Shown here: piece by piece, positions 31,843 to 43,184 of the stretch
Layout: the number at the start of each line of letters is the position of its first letter
Numbering within the stretch: the first letter of the stretch is position 1
Assembly (NCBI RefSeq): GCF_009914755.1
Contig: NC_060930.1
Source: the human T2T-CHM13v2.0 reference genome, Homo sapiens
Direction: 5' to 3' (one strand)
DNA length: 64,000 bases
Notes under the pieces: model-generated
Told to the model about the DNA's origin: nothing
What the model saw: the letters and a program-made list of their open reading frames with translations, nothing else
The model's database searches: none
Translations under genes and position numbers: made by a program

Positions 31843-34800
31843 TAAAGTGTCATTTTTCAAAATGCACCTTGTGTGCCATTCCTGACTGATTATTTGGAAA
31901 TGAAAGAGAAAAGAAAATACCAAAGTTCATCTCAAGGATCCTTAGCAATAACTACACACGTTAAAACAAAGCCACAGCCAATTGTAAAGAGTCATGTGAC
32001 AGAGAGGACCAGGATCTCATGAAAAATAGCCTTGGCTAGAAAGAGGTCATTTGACCCTGGGCTAATTGGCAACTCTCTACATTGTCTGGCATACAGTGTT
32101 CAATCTGATGTGCAAGGCAATTGTATCTTGCAAAGAATTTGAGAATTTGATATGTTGCTCACATTTTACCACACATACAAGTGGATTAAACTTTTACACA
32201 GTAAAAAAAAAAGCATTGTTGAGCAAAATAAATTAAATGAAAAGACATAAAGGAATAACTAGTGATGAAATAGCAATAAGAATGGAAAACATGAAAGAGA
32301 TGCTTGTACAGCAATGATAGCAGCACAAAAGAACAGTGTTTTTCAGAATCATACTGGAGTCCAAATCACTTCTACTACATCTAATTTAAAAACACAGTGA
32401 AAGATGTTAAACTTTCATAGGATGCCCACTGAATAGCCAGTTATTGAAAAATCTTGTTCCTAGATTGGAGTAAACAATTTCTGCTTACCCTAGCCAAACA
32501 AATTATTGTCATGATGCTAAGCTAGTGTATAGACAGAGGTGTGAGATTCACATTTTTCTAGCTGCAAAGCACCCTGATTAGGCAAATATTTTTGTAGATG
32601 CTTGAGTAAGAAAATTGGCATTTTGGGCATTCTTAAACCGAATTAGAAACTTCTGAAGAGAAACAAACATAGTTACGATTGTAAAGGCATTATTGTATGG
32701 CACCAAAGTCTTGGGACACTTTAATTTAGCTACTGTATTTTCTCAACTCTGTTGCAACTTATCAAAGAGAACATTAATATTAAAGGCATTTACAAAAAAA
32801 ATCTGAGATATTGTTGTATCTTCTTTCTCTGTCTCAAATATTTAATCAACTTTACAGAAGAGAATTTTAAAGTATTAAAAAAAGTCAGATACAAGAAGTA
32901 TTTGATTTACAAAACCCTGAAACAATAATGTTAATTTTGCTTTTAACATGTTTATAAATTCTTTGATACTCCTCCTTTCCAGAAGTGCAGCTTCATTCCC
33001 TCCCTGTTCGTGTAGCCTGGACTTAATGACTCACTTCTAACTGATAGAGTAATGCTGACTTAATAGTTTGTGATTCTGGGTGTAGAACATAAGACTCACT
33101 GAAGTTTCTACTTTGGTTCTTTCTTTCTCTGGAATCATGAGCCCTGGGGGAAGCTGGCTGTTGTGTCATAAGGAGGCCTGTGGTCCATGTGACTAGGAAG
33201 TGAGTCCTCCTGGGACCAGACAATAAGAAGCTAAAGCCTCTTCCAAAAGCCATGTGAGAGATTCTTGTGTCTTGTGAATCCCTGGCCCCATTTGAGCCCT
33301 CAGGTGATTCAGCCCTGGAAGACAACTAGACTGCAACGTTGTGAGAGGCCCTGAGCCAGAAGCATTCAGAGAAACTTCTCCTGGATTCCTGACCATGGAT
33401 AACTGTGGGAGATGATAAATATTTGTTGATTTGAGCTGCTAAGTTGTAGGTGACTTGTTATGCAGCAGTAGATAACTAATACAGCTTCACAAGAGAGGAT
33501 GAATCACTGAACTTTTTCATTTGCTCTAAATTCATTATAAGATATTAAACATGTCATTTGCTTTTAATATTTAATAAAAATTTCCATGGCTATATAAGAT
33601 ATATTTTATTATCATTAACAATGATCTATTTTTTGATCTTCAACTTGTATGTTCTATTTAAACATGAAAGGAAGATCCAGGCTATGCTAGGCTGATTCTA
33701 TGATGACACCCCAATAACCACCCTTGGTTACTCAGGTTACCCCAGTTACTCAGTTGACACTAAAGCAGGTGCTGCTGTGAAGAGGTTTTGCAGATATATT
33801 TAAAGTCCCCAGTCAGTTGACTTTAAGATGAGGATTATCCTGCTTAGACGGTCCTAATCAGGTAAGCTCTGAAAAGGATTGGGTTCTTCCTGAGAATAGA
33901 GACTCACAGTGTGAGAGGGATTCAGCGTGAGGGGCTTCCTCCACTTTGGGCTTTGAAAATGGAGGGATCATGGGGAAAGAACACTGGTGGCCAATAGGAA
34001 TTAGAAGCCCTCCCCACTGTCTACTCTGATAGCCCGAAGGAAACAGGGACCTTAATCCTACAATTGCCAGAAACCGAATTCTGCCAACAAACTCTACACA
34101 AGCTTGGGGGAGAACCCCAATCTTAAGATGAGGATACAACTTTGCGAAACTCTGAACAAAGAGTCTATCACGTTAGGCCTGGATTTCTGATGAAGGAAAT
34201 GTAGACAAATAAATGGGTGCTGTTTTCAGCCACTAAGTTTGTGGTAATTGGTTATGTACTGCCAGGAAATAAATAAACAGATTCAAAGGATAAGTATATG
34301 ACATTTTCTCCACCGGAATGAATTCATGAACTGATATGCATAGTAGTTGCATAAAACCAAATATTTCCTAACTTGCTTTGCATTTTCCATTTCATGATTT
34401 TTGTGTGATACAATTTTGAACACAATTATATTTCATTCATTCATTCAACAAAAATTAACTTAGTGCCTACTATGTGGCAGATATACTTTTATATTCTGTA
34501 GATACAACTTTGATCAAAACAACCCAAAGCCCCTGTGCTTGTGCCTTCCATTCTAGAGGCTTCTTGAGAGTAAGATGGAGCCATTAGAGGCTTTTAAGTG
34601 AAGAAATGAAACAATCTGACTCACATTAGCAGGATTGCTGACCTTTGTGGGGAGAACAGTCATGGGCAGCAGGCAAGGGACAGAGCTAGGGCCAGGGACA
34701 GAGCTAGGGCCACAATTCAGTAGTGACAGAGTAGTAGAGACTAAGGGGAGAGGAGGGCCTGAAGGATGACAGGAACAGAGAGAAGGGCTGGAGAAGCAGG

Positions 34801-34988
34801 AGGTGAGGTAAAGGAACAGAAAGAATTCTAAAGCAATGGAATTCTCAGACTTAAATACAGTGTTTTATAGATTTTTAATGCATTTATCCGCAAAGCCTGG
34901 CACAGTGTTACTTGCACCTTGGTCTTTAATGCATTCTGTGGGGCTGTCTAAAACCTAATTGCCTCTCTAAGATAAAAAGGTTAAAAAA

Positions 34989-35282
34989 GGCCGGGCACGG
35001 TGGCTCACGCCTGTAATCCCAGCACTTTGGGAGGCCGAGGCGCGTGGATCACAAGGTCAGGAGATCGAGACCATCCTGGCCAACATGGTGAAACCCCGTC
35101 TCTAATAAAAAATTACAAAAAAAATTAGCCGGGCGTGGTGGCGGTCGCCTGTAGTCCCAGCTACTTGGGAGGCTGAGGCAGGAGAACGGCGTGAACCCGG
35201 GAGGCGATGCTTGCAGTGAGCGAGATTGCACCACTCCAGCCTGGGCGACAGAGCGAGACTCCGTCTCAAAAAAAAAAAAAAA
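34989..35282 (+). mobile_element. AluY-like
   Basis: CpG-rich. ggatcacaaggtcaggagatcgagaccatcctggc, ggcgtgaacccgggagg, TSD aaaaaggttaaaaaa on both sides. Confidence 0.92.
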
Positions 35283-35365
35283 GGTTAAAAAAGAATACCA
35301 AATGTCTCAATAAAATATACACATAGCTTAGATGTGAATAATTCATAATAATAGGCAAGTGCATG

Positions 35366-35680
35366 GGCCGGCCATTATAGCTCATGCCTGTAATACCAGC
35401 ATTTTGGGAGGTTGAGGCGGGAGGATTGCTTGAGCCCAGGAGTTCAAGACCAGCCAGAGCAATTTAGGGAGACCTCATCTCTACAAATATTATTTTTAGA
35501 AAAATTAGCCAGGAGTGGTGGCACAAGCCTGTGGTGCCAGCTACTTGGGAGGCTGAGGGAGGAGCATTGATCACATGAGCCAAGGAGGTAGAGGCTTCAG
35601 TGAGTCATGAGCGTGCCACTGCACTTTAGCCAGGGTAACAGAGTGACGCCCTGTCTGTAAATAAATAAAAAATAAAAAAA
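35366..35680 (+). mobile_element. AluJ-type
   Basis: ggaggattgcttgagcccaggagttcaagaccagcc, TSD ...agtgcatg. Confidence 0.85.
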
Positions 35681-36049
35681 TTAATAATAAAGGGAGTGCA
35701 TGAGCACTGGCGAAGGGCACTTTGGCTGCATTAAGCACTTGCAATTCTGAGGTAATTAAATTCTGTACAGGCTCCTGGTTGCAATATACGGTAATACATT
35801 GTGCTTTGTATTGAGATGTCCTGGACTCGCACACACAAACTCAGAGCTATGAAATAAAGATACTGTAAAAATACAACAGACCAGAGTCACAGATACACAG
35901 TCTAGGAAAGTAAAACTTCACTTTGTGAGTCTAATTGCAATGCGTTTAGACATATTTATATATAGTGGGGCCAAAAATCATCTCTTTTACAAATTAGATT
36001 CGTGACCATTCAGGGGCTACCAAGATTGTGCTACCCACTGTAGCACAAT

Positions 36050-38560
36050 CGGAGACCCACCCCGAGGCTGCGAGACTCGTGGAGACCCTCGACACAAGAA
36101 CCCCAGGTGCCTATACCCGATTCCATTTTCAGTTCAGGCCCAAATCCCCGGGGGATTGATCGGGGCAGAGGAGGAGCTCAGTGGCTGAGGCTCAGTGGCT
36201 GAGGCTGACCGCGGGCTTGGGGACAGGGTCTCCCACCTCCAGTGGATACACAGCTGCGACCTGGACCCGGACCGGAGCCTCTTCGCGCGGGGATGAACAT
36301 ACCCTACGATGGCGCCAGTTACCTCGTCCTAAACCAGGAACTGCTCTCTTGGACCGCAGCGGACAAGGCGGCTCAGATGTTTTGGAGGAGGAACATGCAG
36401 AGCTGCTCAAAACCTACCTGCCCGGAAGGTGGGCGGAGTGGCTCAGCAAAGGCCTTAAGAATGAGGAGAGTCTGCAATGCGCAGGTACCAGAGGCCACGG
36501 GGCGCTTCCCTGATCTCCTGCAGATATCCCTGAGCCACCTTCCAAAAGAAGGGAGGAAAATGGGACCAACGCTAAAATATCCCTCTCCCTCTTGTCCTGA
36601 GGCAGAAGAGTCCTCCTGGGTTTCTAAATCCTATACCAGAGAGTGACTGAGGGCCCGCCCTGCACTCTGGGACAATTAACGGATGAAGTCTCTGCGGGAA
36701 AGGAGGGGAAGACAATCCCTGGAATACTGATACGCGGTCCCCTTTGACCCCCCAGCAGCCTTGGGCACCAGGAATTTTCCTCTCAGGCCTTGTTCTCTGC
36801 CTCATACTCAATGCGTGTGGGGGTCTGATTCCAGCTCTTCTGAGTCCCTCGGCCTCCACTCAGGTCAGGACCAGAAATCTCTGTTTCCGCCTCAGACACT
36901 AGAACTTTCCAAGGAATAAGAGATTATCCCAGGTGCCTGTGTCCAGAATGCTGTCTGGGTTCTGTGCTCCCTTCCCCACCCCAGGTGTCCCGTCCATTCT
37001 CAGGATGGTCACATGGGTGCTGTGTCTCATGAGGAATGCAAAGTGCCTGAATTTTCTACCTCTTGCCCTCAGATCCCCTGAAGGCACAGGTAACCCACCA
37101 CCCCATCTCCAACTATGAGGCCACGCTGAGGTGCTGGGCCCTGGGCTTCTACCCTCTGGAGATCACACTGACCCAGGAGCGGGATGGGGAGGACCAAATT
37201 CAGGATGCAGAGTTTGTGGAGACCAGACTTGCAGGGTACAGAACCTTCCAGAAGTGGGCAGCTGCAGTGGTGTCTTCTGGAGAGAAGCAGAGGTACACAT
37301 GCCATGTGCAGCATGAGGGGTTGCCTGAGCCCCTCACACTAAGATGGGGTAAGGAGACGAATGAGAGGTCATGTCTCTTCTCAGGCAAAGCAGAAGTCCT
37401 TCTGGAGCCTTTAAGCAGGGTCAGGGCTGAGGCCTGGGGGTCAGGGCCCCTCACGTTCACCTCCTTTCTTAGAGCTGTCTTCCCAGCCCATCATCCCCGT
37501 TGTGGGCATCATTGCTGGCCTGGTTCTTCTCGTTGCTGTATTCACTGTAGCTGTGGTCGCTGCTGTGATGTGGAGGAATAAGATCCCAGGTAGGAAAGGG
37601 GTGAGCTCTGAGTTTCCTTCTTCCATTGGTGGATTTCAAGCCCCAGGTAGGAGTTGGCTCATATCTTGCCTAGTTGTGAGGCACCATCTCCACACACATT
37701 TACCCTGTTCAGAGGCCCTGTCTATCAACACTTACTCTTTTGTAAAGCACCTGTGAAAATGAAGGACAAATTTATCACCTTGATTGTGGTCATGGGAACC
37801 TGACTCCCAGCAGTCACAGGTCAGGGGAAGGTCCCTGCTGAGGACAGACCTCAGGAGGACAACTGGTCCAGCCTCAACACATCCTCTTCCCTTGGGTTTT
37901 CTGATCCTGACCTGGGTCTGTAGTCACAGTTCTGGAAACTTCTCTAGGATCTCATGCCCTGCCTCCTCCCTGGCCTCTCACAGTTTGTTTTCTTTCCACA
38001 GATGGAAAAGGAGGCAGTTATGCTCAGGCTTCATGTAAGTGTGGTAGGGGTGGGAAGAGTGATCCCTGAGATCCTTGGGATAGTGTAGACAGGAGCCCAT
38101 GGGGGAGCTCAGCCACCCCAAAATTCCTCCTTTAGTCACATCACCTGTGGGCTCTGACCAGATTTTGTTTTTGTTCCACCCCAAACAGGAACAGTACCCA
38201 GGGCTCTGATGTGTCTCTCACGGCTTGTAAAAGTGACACCTTAGAGGGCCTGAAGTGAAAGAGGAGTTGGGCAGAGGGGACACAACTAAGCTCTGGAGAT
38301 TCTTTGATTTGGAATTTTTCAAGGTGTGGTGGGCTGTTCAGTGTCACAACTTACTGTGACTGACCTGGATTAGTTTATGACTATGTTTTTTCTAAGATTG
38401 CCTTGTGAGGGACTGAGATGCAAGATTTGTTCATGCCTCCTCTTTGTGACATTAAGGGCCTCTGGCTTCTCTTTCTGCCAAAGCATCTGAATGTGTCTAT
38501 GTCTACAGTAACAGGTAAGAAATGGGAGACCAGCCCATCCTCATGTCCACCATGACCCCT
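36050..38560 (+). pseudogene. HLA-P: MHC class I pseudogene, 3' fragment (exon 3 36227-36484, exon 4 37073-37348, exon 5 37473-37589, exon 6 38002-38034, exon 7 38185-38232, 3'UTR remnant)
   Basis: alpha3 domain [11 protein letters not shown]...[12 protein letters not shown]...[18 protein letters not shown] (276 nt), TM exon (117 nt), cytoplasmic exons of 33 and 48 nt. Core promoter and exons 1-2 absent, exon 7 acceptor AG>AA, exon 8 start deleted. Confidence 0.9.
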
Positions 38561-41362
38561 GATATTGTTTGGATCTGTGTCCCCACACAAATCTCATGTT
38601 CAATTGTAATCCCTAATTTTGGAGGTGGTGTCTGGTGGCAGGTGATCGGCTCATGAGGATGGATCCTTCATGAACGGTTTAGAACCATCTCTTTGGTGCT
38701 ATTCTTGTGATAATTCTCATAAGATCTGGTGTTTAAAAATCTGTGTCACCTCCCTGCTCTCTCTCCCTCCTGCTCCAGGCATGTAAGTAATGTCTGCTTC
38801 CCCTTAGCCTTCCAGCATAATCGAAAGTTCCCTGAGGCCCTCTCATAAGATGAGCAGATGCCAGAATCATACTTTCTGTATAGCCTGCAGAACCATGACC
38901 CAATTTAAACCTCTTTTCTGTTTTTGTTTTGTTTTTGTTTTTTGAAGGAAAATTTATATTATTTTAATTATTTTTACATACAGAAAACTCAACAGCATAC
39001 ATTTCACCCAATTTAGTGGCATGTTCTTTACCCTTTGCCTTTTTGAGCTTGGCAATGCAAACCACATACTTGAGACCCAGGACACTGTCTCCCCAGTGAC
39101 GGCGGATCTCATCATATCTGTCATTGTAATTGGTCCTGAGAACTTCCACCAGCTTAGCCAAAGCACCTTTGTCTTCCGAGTTAACCTGTGTGAAGGTGAC
39201 AGTGGTGCAGGTCTTCCTATGGACTAGATGTCCCAGTCTTGCCTTCCCTTTGATAATGCAGTAAGGGACCCCATTTTATGACACAGGACAGGCAAGAAGA
39301 CAACCAGCTTGATGGGATCTACATCATGTGCAATCACCACCAGCTGAGCTTTCTTGTTCTCCACCAAGGTGGTGATGGTGTTAACTCCTGCTCGAAGGAC
39401 AGGTGGACTCTTAGTGGGGAATGTCCCCTTTGCCAGCAGCTTTCTTCTTGGCCCAGGCCAACAGCCTCTGCTTCTTCTCTTGGTTTGTCTCTGGTCTGTA
39501 TTGTGGGCCAGCTTAAGCAGCAGAGTAGCTGTTTGGCTGTCTGGTGCCTGGGTGAACTGGTTAATCTCAGGAGGCACTTTCAGCCACTTATAGAGGATGG
39601 TTCTCTGCTGCTGCAACCTGATATAGCAGGGCCATTTCACAAAGTGGGTGAGGTGTCTTTTGGGCTGGATATCCTGTCCAGTGCCAAGATTCTTAGGCCT
39701 TTTCTCAAACAAGGGATTTACCACTTTCTTGGCCTCCTGCTTCTTCACGACAGCAGGGGCTGGAGCCACCTTCTTCTCCTTGGCCTTCTTTCCTTTTGGC
39801 ATCTTGGATGGTGGGAGGAGAAAGAAAGAAACCTATTTTGTTTATAAATTACCCAGTCTCAGGTATTTCTTTATAAAAGTGTGAGAATGAACTAATTCAG
39901 AAAATCGGTACCGGGAGTTGGGTATTACTATAAAAATTGTTGAAAATGTGGAAACGGCTTTGGAACTGGGTAACAGGCAGAGGTTGGAAGAGTTTGGAGA
40001 GTTCAGAAGACAAGAAAATGGGGGAAAATTTGCAACTTCCTAGAGATTTGTTAAGCTGTTGTGACCAAAATGCTGATAGTGATATGGACAATGGAGTCCA
40101 GGCTGATAAGGTCTCACATGGAGATGAGGAACTTATTGGGACCTAGAGGAAAGGTCACTTTTGTTATGCATTGGCAAAGAACTTGGAGGCATTGTTCCCC
40201 CTCCCTAGGGATCTGTAGAACTTTGAACTTGAGAGTGATGTATAAGGGTATCTGGTGGAAGAAATTTCTAAGCAGCATAGCATTCCAGATTTGGCCTGCC
40301 TGCTTGTAATAGCCTATGCACATATGTGTGAGCAAAGACATGACCTGAAACTGGAACTGATATTTAAAGGGGAAATTTAATATCCAGGACAATTCCTAGT
40401 GGAGCTGCAGGAACAGGACCCCTGCCAAAACTACTAAATCATAGAGCCACTGGCAATATGCAAGCTCAGCCTGGAAAAGCCATAAGCATTCAATGTTCAC
40501 CCATGAGAGCAGCTATATGGATTATGTTCACCAAAGCCACGGATATGAGGCTGAAGATGGCATTGTGAGTCCATTGCTTGCAGCAGCCAGTGTGCTCAGG
40601 GTTCAAGATATAGAGTCAAAGGAGATTATTTTAGAGCTTTAAGTTTTAATGTCTGCCATGATGAGTTTCAACCTTGTGAGGACACTGCATTCATTTCTTT
40701 TGGCCCATTTATTTCTTTTGGAATGGAAATGTATAGGAAATGTCTCTACCACTGTTGTATTAATATTTTAGAAGTAAATAACTTTTTTTAATTTTACAGG
40801 TGCACAGCTATAAGAACTTACCTTGAGTCTCAGATGAGACTTTGGAATTTAGAGTTGATGCTGGATCAACCCAACACATTTTGGACAATTGGGAGAAGAT
40901 TATTGTCTTTTGCAATGTGAGAAGAATGTGAGCTTTGGCTGGCTAGGGACAGGATGCAATGATATAAATATTTATCCCCAGATACCTCATGTTAAAATCT
41001 GATCCCCAATGTTGGACTTAGGGCCTAATGGGTGGCGTTTGGGTCTTGGGGGCCAATCTTTTATGAACAGAGAGATACTGCCCTCTCTCGGGAGTCAATG
41101 AATTGTTGCCCTATTAGTTTCCAAAAGAGCTAGTTGTTAAAAGAGTCTCGCACCTTCCTACTCCCTCTGTTCCTCTCTTACCACGTGACTTCTGCACATA
41201 CCAGCTCCCCTTTGCCTTCTGCCATGAGTGGAAGCAGCCTGAGGCCCTCGCTAAATGCTCAAACATTTCCAGACATCAGAATCCTGAGCCAAATGAACCT
41301 TGTTTATATAAATTAGTCAGTCTCAGACATTTCTTTATAGCAACACAAAACGGAATAAGACA
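38561..41362 (+). mobile_element. MST MaLR element: 5' LTR (split by the RPL7A retrocopy), internal region, 3' LTR
   Basis: LTR 38561-38920 plus 39829-39899. Internal begins gaaaatcggtacc, with the MaLR ORF remnant WNWVTGRGWKSLE. 3' LTR ~40960-41362 ends cggaataagaca. It truncates the HLA-P 3'UTR. Confidence 0.8.
38921..39828 (-). pseudogene. RPL7AP7: processed pseudogene of ribosomal protein L7a
   Basis: [38 protein letters not shown] from ATG 39802. Intronless and frameshifted, stop TAA>GAA at 39003-39005, 5' pyrimidine (TOP) leader, degenerate poly(A) 38921-38943, TSD aaacct(c/a)tttt. The pseudogene number comes from locus knowledge. Confidence 0.92.
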
Positions 41363-43140
41363 ACCCTCTCATCATAGGTATGTGTCTGTGGCAGCCAGCC
41401 CCCATTCTCAAGGTATCCAGGATCCACTCAGCCAAGAGTCCTTTCCTCAGTATTCTAAAGACACTCTAATCACTCAAGAGATTCTAAGGTTTTTAGGAGA
41501 AACCAGGGACAAGACTAAATGTTTTTGTGATAACTCATATTATCCCCTTTTCTTTGACCACATATTTTTCATACGAAAAGGATTATAACAGTAAAGAAGC
41601 ATTGGCATATTATCCAAGTCTCATTCGGTCATTCAAAATTAGGCCAGTTTATCATCCTCTTGTATGAATATGTCTCCCAGAATGACATCACTCAGCTTTG
41701 CAGACACCACTCAATCTTAACAGGTTCCAAAAACAAGAATGGTCTCAGGGACACACAGCTTCACCCTTTTAGGCATCCAGTATAGTTGACCTAAGAGACA
41801 ACATCTCTTGCTCACACCACTTTTGAGGAGATAAGCTAATATTGAATTTTCCTCATTACATAACCCTTTGATTTATTCACCTACCCTCAGCCACTATTCC
41901 TCCTTCTGTCCCTTTATATCAGTCTTTTCCAGTTCTAGAAGTGACATTAGGTTTGGCTGCTGTGCTGGCCTAGACTGCATGCAGCAACAGTATTCTACCA
42001 TGTCTTCTCTTAATCTACTCTTGATCATAGACGGTAGGTTACATAGGTTAGGAACTAGTGCAGGCTATCTGACCACCAGTCTACGTAGCTCTACTTACAG
42101 TTAATCCCGACTTTGCCAGATGAAATGAAGGCACAGCGCAATCCTTGATTTGCTTGGGAATTCTTACATAAAGGTATAAAAATATAGTTATGGTTTTTTC
42201 CTTAGGGATAATTCCTGTTTCTGGCAGTTCGATTTGCATCCCTGTTCCTGGTACCACTGCACCCTGTGTAAAAAAAGAAATAAGAAATGAAGTGTAGTCA
42301 TTATTCCAGCATCCTCCCCTTAAGAAGAATTGTATGTACAGTCATAACAGCATCACCCTGATCCATCAGGAAAAAGAGAGGAAGCTACCTAGTGGAGTCA
42401 GTTTCGCAGCTCCACCCATGTTGACAGTAAGCACATTCATGAAGATATAAAAGCCAGTCCTTCATGTTTATATTGCCCAACAATTATATTGGCAGTTTTT
42501 AGACAATTAGACAACCAATGTTTCAACTGACTATTTCTTTTTTTTTTTTTTTTTGAGATGGAGTCTCACTCTGTCGCCCAGGCTGGAGTGCAGTAGTATG
42601 ATCTCGGCTCATGCAACCTCTGCCTCCCAGGTTCAAGCAATTCTACTGTCTCAACCTCCCAAGTAGCTGGTAATACAGGCGCCCACCACCACACGCAGCT
42701 AATTTTTGTATTTTCAGTAGAGACGGGGTTTCACCATATTGGTCAGGATAGTCTCAAACTCCTAAACTCAGGTGATCCGCCCGCCTCGGCCACCCAAAGT
42801 GCTGGGATTACAGGCATGAGCCACCGCGCCTGGTCAGCCATTTCAATATTCTATCAAAGTTTCCCCTGAATAGTACATTTCCCTGTGCATTGTTGGCTTT
42901 TTAAGGCTGTAAAGTGTGTTTTCTTGTGTAAAGAAATGTGACTCAACAGTCCAAATTGGTGTAATCTCCATTTTTCTGGTTCTTGTATAGCCCTTGAAGC
43001 ATTGACATCTACCCCTGGTTGAACATAGCCCAATCCAGAGTCAGTGACTTCCCTGTCAAGATCCATTGGCAGCTCCTTTGGGGTTGCTGGCATTAGTCTG
43101 GCTTGCCAGCTATGAATGATCAAAGCTTCCCACTACAGAA
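41363..43140. mobile_element. MER21-like LTR fragment followed by degraded ERV internal-like sequence
   Basis: gagattctaaggtttttaggagaaaccagggacaagactaaat resembles the MER21 end. The rest is only weakly recognisable. Confidence 0.35.
42538..42835 (-). mobile_element. AluS-type, antisense
   Basis: T tail, gagatggagtctcactctgtcgcccagg...gagccaccgcgcctggtc. Confidence 0.92.
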
Positions 43141-43184
43141 TCTGTCACAGAGCTGCCTCTGTCTGTTTTCTTGACCAAAAGTCA

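Noticed and set aside
34989-35282. Young AluY as one of the known polymorphic MHC Alu markers
   Set aside because: It carries several substitutions, and polymorphism cannot be judged from one sequence.
39224-39802. 192-aa RPL7A-like ORF as a functional gene
   Set aside because: Intronless, frameshifted, stop codon lost, poly(A) remnant and TSD present: a processed pseudogene.
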